A stretch of 64,000 bases of DNA, taken from Nitrospinales bacterium. Lineage in GTDB: Bacteria > Nitrospinota > Nitrospinia > Nitrospinales > VA-1. This document shows, piece after piece, positions 57,325 to 64,000 of the stretch. The DNA lies in NCBI GenBank assembly GCA_965223345.1, contig CBDCWG010000012.1:320001-384000 (forward strand). Direction: 5' to 3'. Each line of letters opens with the position of its first letter. Position 1 is the first letter of the stretch. The notes under the pieces are model-generated. The model did not search any database, was not told where the DNA came from, and saw only the letters and a list, made by a program, of their open reading frames with translations. A program made the translations under genes and the position numbers.

Positions 57325-57696
57325 CTTTTCAAGTTTCGATTGCTGACAGTTCCAATCCCGGTCTTTTTAATCGGAAATCCGCATTTCAAATATATCGGGA
57401 ACTTAAGGTGACAGCGGGCATCACGGTCCGCCCGGTTCCTCGCCTTTTACCCCTCCCCCTCCCACAGCGATGTTCCCCCCCGCATCGCACGCGTTTCGCG
57501 GCCCGGATTCATTCGAAGCGTCTTCCTCACCCATTGATGGCTGTCAACACTGCGTTTGCCGGGAGGCCGATCGTTGCCGCTGACCCAAACGCAAGACATC
57601 GCCCCGAGGATCACATTATAAACGAGCGTTTATTTACGCAAAAACCCGTCGCCCACACGCGCGGTGGCGTCGTTCTGTCGAAAGCGTTCTGAGACC

Positions 57697-58764
57697 ATGC
57701 CGGGAAATTCGTACGGAAAACTTTTTAAAATCACCACCTGGGGCGAATCCCACGGAACCGGAATCGGTGTGGTCGTCGAGGGCTGCCCGGCGGGACTGGC
57801 GATCAAGGAAGCGGAAATCCAGAAAGAGCTGGACCGGCGGCGCACGGGTCAGAGCAAGGTGACCACCACGCGCAAGGAAGGCGACCGCATTCAGATCCAG
57901 TCCGGTGTGTTTCAGGGCAAAACCACGGGGACGCCGATTTCCATGTGGGTGGAAAACAAGGACGCGGACTCGTCCAAATACGAACTGATCAAGGATCTGT
58001 ACCGGCCGGGACATGCGGACTTCACCTACGATCAAAAATACGGCTTCCGCGATTACCGCGGCGGCGGCCGTTCCAGCGCCCGGGAAACCGTGGGCCGCGT
58101 CGCCGCAGGCGCGATCGCCAAAAAGCTGCTGCTGCGCGAAAAAATCAGGGTCACCGGCTACACGCGCCAGATCGGCCCCCACGTCGCGCAGACGGTCAAC
58201 CTGAAAGAGATTGAAAAAAATATCGTTCGCTGCCCGGATAAAAAGATCGCCGCAAAGATGGTGGATCACATCATGCAGGCCCGCAAGCAGGGCGATTCGG
58301 TGGGCGGCGTGGTGGAAGTGATCGCGCAGGGCGTGCCCGCAGGACTGGGAGAACCGGTTTTCGACCGGCTGGATGCGGATCTGGCCAAGGCGGTCATGAG
58401 CATTCCCGCGGTCAAGGGCGTGGAGGTCGGCATCGGCTTTGAAGCGGCGACGATGCTGGGCTCCGAATGCAACGACGCGTTCGTGACGAAAAACCGCAAG
58501 ATCACCACGCGCACCAACAACGCCGGCGGCGTCCTGGGGGGCATCTCGAACGGCGCGGACATCGTCCTGCGCTTCGTGGTGAAACCCACCTCCTCCATCA
58601 ACCGGGAGCAGGACACGGTGACGCGCAAAGGCAAAGCCGCCACCATCCGCGTCGAAGGCCGTCACGATCCCTGTGTCTCGCCGCGCGCGGTTCCCATCGC
58701 GGAAGCGATGGTGGCCCTCACCCTCATCGATCATCTGCTGCGGCACCGCTCCTCGCGCCTGTAG
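57697..58764 (+). CDS. aroC: Chorismate synthase
   Basis: [21 protein letters not shown] and GRHDPC. Confidence 0.97.
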   Translation: MPGNSYGKLFKITTWGESHGTGIGVVVEGCPAGLAIKEAEIQKELDRRRTGQSKVTTTRKEGDRIQIQSGVFQGKTTGTPISMWVENKDADSSKYELIKDLYRPGHADFTYDQKYGFRDYRGGGRSSARETVGRVAAGAIAKKLLLREKIRVTGYTRQIGPHVAQTVNLKEIEKNIVRCPDKKIAAKMVDHIMQARKQGDSVGGVVEVIAQGVPAGLGEPVFDRLDADLAKAVMSIPAVKGVEVGIGFEAATMLGSECNDAFVTKNRKITTRTNNAGGVLGGISNGADIVLRFVVKPTSSINREQDTVTRKGKAATIRVEGRHDPCVSPRAVPIAEAMVALTLIDHLLRHRSSRL

Positions 58765-58932
58765 CGGGTTCGCTTACCGCGCACTCACTTTCCTCTGGCT
58801 TTCCCGCAAATCCCCCTCTCACGCGACGGATCAATTTAGGGTTGTCACACCCTTTTGAGATCTTTATCCTTAACTCAAAGATCCTTTTTTCTCCTGTGGC
58901 GGGCTTCCGTCGGAGCCGATACGGTTTTCATC

Positions 58933-59727
58933 ATGCAAGTGGGCTTCATCCAGAACAATCCGGTGTTCGGTGCGAAAGAGAACAACCTCGCCCGCGTCGT
59001 GAGCGTGCTCGCCGAGGCCTCGGCGGATCTTTTCGTCCTGCCCGAGCTGTTCGCCACCGGCTACCAGTTCAGGGACCGTTCCGAGGCACGGGATCTGGCG
59101 GAACCGGCGTGCACCGGGCCGACGTCGCAAGCTCTGGTGTCGCTGGCAAAAAATCTCAACGCGCACATCGTGGGCGGTTTCGCGGAGCGGGACGGCGATG
59201 CGGTGTACAACTCCGCGCTGCTCGCCGGTCCCGATGGGCTTGTGGGCACCTACCGCAAGGCACACCTGTTCGACACGGAAAAGGAGGTGTTCGATCCGGG
59301 CAACACGCCGCTCGCGGTCTTCGACATCGGCATCGCGCGCGTCGGCATCATGATCTGCTTCGACTGGAGGTTTCCGGAAACGGCGCGCACGCTGGCGCTC
59401 CAGGGTGCGGACCTGATCGCCCATCCCGCGAACCTGGTGCTCAAACACTGCCCGGAAGCCATGATCACGCGCTGCCTGGAAAACCAGATTTACGTCGTCA
59501 CGGCGGACCGGGTGGGACGCGAGGAACGCATTGCGGGGCAATCGCTGGAGTTCATCGGCCAGAGCCAGGTGGTGGACCCGCACGGCAATGTGCTGTACCG
59601 GGCCTCGCGCGACCAGGAGGAGATGCGGGTGGTCTCCATCGACCTCGACAAGGCGCGCGACAAGCATCTCAATGCCCGCAACCACCTGTTCGAAGACCGC
59701 CGGGAAGACCTTTACAGACTCAAATGA
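58933..59727 (+). CDS. Carbon-nitrogen hydrolase (nitrilase superfamily)
   Basis: Catalytic triad motifs LPELF, YRKAHL and ICFDWRFPE. Confidence 0.92.
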   Translation: MQVGFIQNNPVFGAKENNLARVVSVLAEASADLFVLPELFATGYQFRDRSEARDLAEPACTGPTSQALVSLAKNLNAHIVGGFAERDGDAVYNSALLAGPDGLVGTYRKAHLFDTEKEVFDPGNTPLAVFDIGIARVGIMICFDWRFPETARTLALQGADLIAHPANLVLKHCPEAMITRCLENQIYVVTADRVGREERIAGQSLEFIGQSQVVDPHGNVLYRASRDQEEMRVVSIDLDKARDKHLNARNHLFEDRREDLYRLK

Positions 59728-59840
59728 TTTCTGCTACCCTTGTGGGCGATTCAACGCAAACGATTGATTGCCAAAGGGATGCCATGCCCATGCTCTGGGC
59801 GGCGGAGTTTTTCCCCTGAGTTTTTCTGAAAGGCGAAGTG

Positions 59841-60266
59841 ATGGATAAAAGCAAGTCGCGGTTTTTGAAAAAAGACGATGGCACGATTTACGATTCTTTG
59901 ACCAGCCTGACCTGGATCGCCAACGATTCCCGGCTGGATCTCGATAAGGAAGTCACCTGGGACGAGGCGGAACAGTACGCCAAGGACCTCAACGCGAAGA
60001 ATTTCGGCGGTCATGCGGACTGGCGGCTGCCCACGATCCACGAAGCGACCTCTCTGTACGACAAAAATCACCTGAACAAGGACTTCAAGGGCGGCGACAT
60101 CAACATCGATTCGGTCTTTCCCCCCGGAATGGGCAACTGCACCTGGACCAGCGACACGCGCGGCAACGAGGCGCAAATCCTCTTCTATGTCAACGGCTGC
60201 CCCTACTGGTACCGCAAGGACGACAAAACCATTTCGCATGCGGTCCGCCTGGTGCGCCGCGACTGA
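59841..60266 (+). CDS. DUF1566 (Lcl C-terminal) domain protein
   Basis: DGTIYDSLTSLTW, TWDEA, GGHADWRLPT and VRLVR. Confidence 0.88.
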   Translation: MDKSKSRFLKKDDGTIYDSLTSLTWIANDSRLDLDKEVTWDEAEQYAKDLNAKNFGGHADWRLPTIHEATSLYDKNHLNKDFKGGDINIDSVFPPGMGNCTWTSDTRGNEAQILFYVNGCPYWYRKDDKTISHAVRLVRRD

Positions 60267-60327
60267 CTCCTCCTCCCCGGAGTGGGAACAGGCCGAACGT
60301 TGACCGCCGGAAAAAAAAATCCACAAT

Positions 60328-60350
60328 CACTCTGAGCTTGTCGAAGAGGG
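60328..60350. repeat. REP-like repeat copy
   Basis: CACTCTGAGCTTGTCGAAGAGGG, same core as 50491 and 39142. Confidence 0.7.
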
Positions 60351-60381
60351 GCGGACCAAGTTCGGCTAAGACTGAGGGTTT

Positions 60382-60996
60382 TTATTCTTCGAGCAGTTTG
60401 GGATTGGGAAGACGCAGCCCGAAGGCGCTCACGGTTTTATCCTGACGGGTCAGTTGGCGGTAGAGTTCCTGAAATTCGGGTGTTTCCAATGCCGGGTCCA
60501 ATAGCTGGGCGACTTGCTGTCGGGTGATCGGCTGCAGGGAACTTTCGGCGAATAACGAAGTCGCCACGCCGACCCAGTGCGACGAGATGAAGCCCTGGTG
60601 AACCAGGCCTTTCACCTCTCCGTAGAAATCCAGCGTCTTTCTCAGCGCATGCTGTGCGATGTATGCCGGCACGCAGCGGCCGATGGCGACGATGCGCGAC
60701 GGGTTGTCGGCGGGATAGATCCACAGGCGCACGCGCGTTCTCCCCATTTCGGAAAACTCCCGCTTCACCTGACGCCACCCTTTTTCATAGCGCTTGGAAA
60801 TCCAGGCTTCGAGCTTGACGGGTTTTTCGGTTATGGGCTGGCATTCTGGGCGCTCGGCCGCGGACGAAATAGATGCCCAAACAGCGGTAAAAACAAAAAA
60901 CAGCAAAAACCCCAATAGCCCCATAAGAAAATAACTGACTAGGCCAAGGGTTGTGGAGAGTGCGCCTTCCTTAAGGGTTTTGGACTTTTTTTGCAT
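60382..60996 (-). CDS. Hypothetical exported protein, paralog of 60971-61513
   Basis: N-terminal hydrophobic segment; shared CQP, WISK, GRCVPA and QLLDP motifs. Confidence 0.8.
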   Translation of the reverse strand: MQKKSKTLKEGALSTTLGLVSYFLMGLLGFLLFFVFTAVWASISSAAERPECQPITEKPVKLEAWISKRYEKGWRQVKREFSEMGRTRVRLWIYPADNPSRIVAIGRCVPAYIAQHALRKTLDFYGEVKGLVHQGFISSHWVGVATSLFAESSLQPITRQQVAQLLDPALETPEFQELYRQLTRQDKTVSAFGLRLPNPKLLEE

Positions 60997-61513
60997 TGGG
61001 GCGCTGCAACCCGAAAAAGGGGACGGTGTCGTCCTGAATGGAAAATTTCCGGTACAGGGCGTGAAATTCTTCGGTGCTGAGCTTGGGATCCAGAAGCTGC
61101 TGCACCTGTTCGGCGTTGACGATCTGCTGCGAGGGCTCGTCGAATACGGTGGTGCCGATTCCCACCCAGGTCGGCGAGAGAAATCCCTGGTTCACCAGGC
61201 TTTCGATGCCACCGGTGTATTTGAGAGCCGTGGCCAGGATGTGCCGGGCGAGGTGAGCGGGAACGCAGCGGCCCACGGCGACGACTTTGGCCGTCTCTCC
61301 CATGGGAAACACCTTGAGGACCACGCGGGTGTGCCCCAACTCGCCGAATTCCTTGGCGATGGCTTTTTTCTGTTTCTTGAATTTTTTGGAAATCCAGCCC
61401 TCCACCTTGATGCGTTTTTTCTCGACCGGCTGGCAATCGGCCGCCGCCCACACGCAAGGGGTGAAGAACAGAAAAACGAGCGCTGCAACAACCGGAAAGC
61501 CTATTTTTTTCAT
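60971..61513 (-). CDS. Hypothetical exported protein, paralog of 60382-60996
   Basis: MKKIGFP signal peptide; shared motifs. Start at ATG 61513. Confidence 0.8.
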   Translation of the reverse strand: MKKIGFPVVAALVFLFFTPCVWAAADCQPVEKKRIKVEGWISKKFKKQKKAIAKEFGELGHTRVVLKVFPMGETAKVVAVGRCVPAHLARHILATALKYTGGIESLVNQGFLSPTWVGIGTTVFDEPSQQIVNAEQVQQLLDPKLSTEEFHALYRKFSIQDDTVPFFGLQRPNAKKVQNP

Positions 61514-61663
61514 CTCAATGTCCAAGCCCACATCCCACACCGGCCGCCGGGAAATGTCCTCGGGGGTGCGGGCGTCGTCTGTTATAATAAAGCCCTTTGA
61601 AAGGGTGGTCCGTGCTGGCATTATAGCGGAATCGCAGCGGCAGCGGGTGCAGAGCGCGTGAAT

Positions 61664-61897
61664 TCATGCGTTTTTTTGCGCATATTCCTCGGCGCATTTT
61701 TCGCTGCAGAAGAAATACTTGGTTTCGCCCACCGTTTTCTCCAGAGCTTCGGTTTTGGGAACGTAGGTTTCGCAATTCGGATCCTTGACCATTTCCCGGG
61801 TTCCCGAAGCTTCTTTTTTTTCGGCAGAAGGGAAAAACAGCCGGACCAGCCAGACGAAAACGGCGATGAAGAGTCCTATCAATGCGATGCGTGCCAT
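61664..61897 (-). CDS. YHS/TRASH-domain small membrane protein
   Basis: N-terminal TM segment; MVKDPNC.TYVP...YFFCSEKC. Confidence 0.85.
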   Translation of the reverse strand: MARIALIGLFIAVFVWLVRLFFPSAEKKEASGTREMVKDPNCETYVPKTEALEKTVGETKYFFCSEKCAEEYAQKNA

Positions 61898-62037
61898 GCT
61901 TCTATTCTAGTTTCTACGGATAATGAATTCAAGGACGGGGTCCCGTATTTTGAGCTGCCGGCCGTTCCCGCCTCTTTTCAGCAAAACCGTTGATTTTCCG
62001 TGTCGGGAGGCCGGGCCCGCCGAAACCGCAGGAATCG

Positions 62038-62970
62038 ATGAACAAAGAAATCTCCAAAGACATGGAGGATCACGAGGAAACGGGTGAAACCCTGCTTCCG
62101 GTCAAGCGGAAGGACGGCTCGCTCGTCCCCCGCGATCCGCTCACCGCCTACCTTCAGGAAATCCAGAGCCACGAGATGCTCACCGAAGAGGAGGAGCATA
62201 AGCTCGCGGTCAAGTTCCATGAAGAAGGCGATCTCAATGCGGCCTACCGGCTGACGACGGCGCACCTGATGCTGGTGGTGCGCATCGCCATGACGTTCAA
62301 GCGGGAGTGGAACAACCTCATGGACCTCATTCAGGAAGGCAACGTGGGGCTGATGAAGGCGGTGAAAAATTTCGATCCGTTTCGCGGCGTGCGGCTGTCC
62401 GCCTACGCGACCTGGTGGATCCGCTCGTACATGCTGAAATACATCATCGACAACTGGCGTCTGGTGAAGGTGGGGACGACCAATGTGCGCCGCAAGCTGC
62501 TGTTCAACCTGAAACGGGAGAAGGAAAAGCTGGAACGGGAAGGATTCTCCCCCACCACCAAGCTGCTGGCGGAGCGCTTCGGGGTGGACGAAGGGGAGGT
62601 GATCGACGTGGAGGCCAGCCTCGGAGCGGCGGATGTGTCGATGGACGCGCCAGTGCACCCCGGCAGCGAGGTGACGCCGGAGAATTCGATGGCGCATTCC
62701 GATTCGACGGAACAGCACGTCGAACTCAACCTGTTTCTCGAACGGCTGAAGGAAAAGCTCTCTGAATTCAAGGCCGATCTCAAACCGATCGAGATCGAAA
62801 TCCTGGAGGACCGGGTGCTCTCGGAATCGCCGCAATCGCTGCAGGCGATCGGCGACCGGCACGACATCACCCGTGAAGCGGTGCGGCAGGCGGAAGCGCG
62901 GCTGTTGAAAAAACTGAAGACCTATCTGGAAGAGCACCTGCCGGAAGCGGCGGAGTATTTCAGCCGTTAG
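62038..62970 (+). CDS. rpoH: RNA polymerase sigma factor, RpoH (sigma32)-like
   Basis: [26 protein letters not shown], and the RpoH-box-like [20 protein letters not shown]. Confidence 0.88.
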   Translation: MNKEISKDMEDHEETGETLLPVKRKDGSLVPRDPLTAYLQEIQSHEMLTEEEEHKLAVKFHEEGDLNAAYRLTTAHLMLVVRIAMTFKREWNNLMDLIQEGNVGLMKAVKNFDPFRGVRLSAYATWWIRSYMLKYIIDNWRLVKVGTTNVRRKLLFNLKREKEKLEREGFSPTTKLLAERFGVDEGEVIDVEASLGAADVSMDAPVHPGSEVTPENSMAHSDSTEQHVELNLFLERLKEKLSEFKADLKPIEIEILEDRVLSESPQSLQAIGDRHDITREAVRQAEARLLKKLKTYLEEHLPEAAEYFSR

Positions 62971-63056
62971 ACGGCGCGCCGGCGTGGCAACATTTTTTTG
63001 TTTGTTCGGCTCCGGGCACAAGACCCGGAGCCCGGTTTATTTTGAGGGAGGGGAAG

Positions 63057-64000
63057 ATGGCACATCGCACGGAAACAGACAGCATGGGGGAAATCCAGGT
63101 CCCGGCGGACCGCTATTACGGCGCGCAGACCGCGCGGTCGCTGATTCATTTCGACATCGGCACGGAAACGATGCCGCGGGAAATCATCCGCGGCATGGGG
63201 ATTCTGAAAAAGGCCGCGGCGATCGTCAATTGCAAGCTGGGGCTACTGGATGCGGACAAAAAGGACCTGATGGTGCAGGCCGCCGACGAGGTGATCGAAG
63301 GCAAGCTGGACGACCATTTTCCGTTGCGGGTCTGGCAGACGGGAAGCGGCACGCAGAGCAACATGAACAGCAACGAGGTGATCGCCAACCGCGCCATCGA
63401 GATCAGCGGCGGCACGCTGGGTTCGAAAACGCCGATCCACCCCAACGATCACGTGAACATGGGGCAGTCCTCCAACGACACGTTCCCCACCGCCATGCAC
63501 ATCGCCGCCGTCGATCGCATCCACGAACGGCTGATTCCCACGATCACCACGTTGCGCGACACGTTTAGGCAGAAGTCCGACGCGTTCAAGGACATCATCA
63601 AGATCGGCCGCACGCACCTGATGGACGCGACGCCGCTCACGCTCGGGCAGGAGTTCAGCGGCTACCGCACGCAGCTCGACTATTCGCTCGACCGCGTTCA
63701 AAGCTGCCTGCCGCGCCTCTACCAGATCGCCCTGGGCGGCACGGCGGTGGGCACCGGCCTCAACTCGCACCGCGATTTCGCCGTGAACGTCGCGGAGGAA
63801 ATCGCGACGCTCACCGGGCAGCCGTTCGTGACCGCACCCAACAAATTCGAATCGCTGGCGGCGCACGACGCCATCGTCGAGGCGAGCGGCGTGCTGAAGA
63901 CGATCGCCTGCTCGCTCATGAAGATCGCCAACGACATCCGCTGGCTGGGCTCGGGACCGCGCTGCGGCATCGGCGAGATCACGCTGCCCGCCAACGAGCC
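63057..64000 (+). CDS. fumC: Fumarate hydratase class II, 3' end outside the window
   Basis: Translated by hand: [57 protein letters not shown] and GSGPRCG. Confidence 0.96.
   Translation, partial: MAHRTETDSMGEIQVPADRYYGAQTARSLIHFDIGTETMPREIIRGMGILKKAAAIVNCKLGLLDADKKDLMVQAADEVIEGKLDDHFPLRVWQTGSGTQSNMNSNEVIANRAIEISGGTLGSKTPIHPNDHVNMGQSSNDTFPTAMHIAAVDRIHERLIPTITTLRDTFRQKSDAFKDIIKIGRTHLMDATPLTLGQEFSGYRTQLDYSLDRVQSCLPRLYQIALGGTAVGTGLNSHRDFAVNVAEEIATLTGQPFVTAPNKFESLAAHDAIVEASGVLKTIACSLMKIANDIRWLGSGPRCGIGEITLPANE

Noticed and set aside
59841..60266. DUF1566 protein as a diversity-generating retroelement target
   Set aside because: No template repeat or reverse transcriptase is visible in the window.

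Overview
GC-rich bacterial chromosomal window with about 65 protein genes. I recognised no rRNA, tRNA, CRISPR array, integrase or transposase. Gene content and style suggest a Nitrospinota-like Gram-negative bacterium, but that is inference only. Left to right: a Fe-S/nitrosative-stress neighbourhood (NfuA, Rrf2 regulator divergent from ric, stand-alone Nfu-N, FIST protein, hemY); hutG-hutU-hutI with no hutH in view; a DHH phosphoesterase, a flippase and an OppA-type binding protein; two tandem LRR proteins; TPR/lipoproteins; an orphan HydB/NuoF-like flavo-Fe-S protein; pepA; mlaEFDC followed by a GHMP kinase; three DUF799/CsgG-like lipoproteins, two of which flank a lexA-osmC-dinB(frameshifted)-aminotransferase block and arsC; icd-mdh; glnD coupled to a cytochrome c; pheA-tyrA-cmk-rpsA-sppA-ihfB-aroC; rpoH; and a partial fumC. 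Best leads: (1) GlnD with an intact uridylyltransferase site but a degenerate HD (uridylyl-removing) site; (2) the partner-less HydB-like protein with altered motifs; (3) a candidate LexA box and twin Rrf2 operator sites; (4) a closed, multi-stem candidate RNA leader at about 20320-20433; (5) nested REP-like repeats; (6) a secreted metallophosphoesterase with non-canonical metal ligands. All family assignments come from motif recognition by eye, with no database searches.
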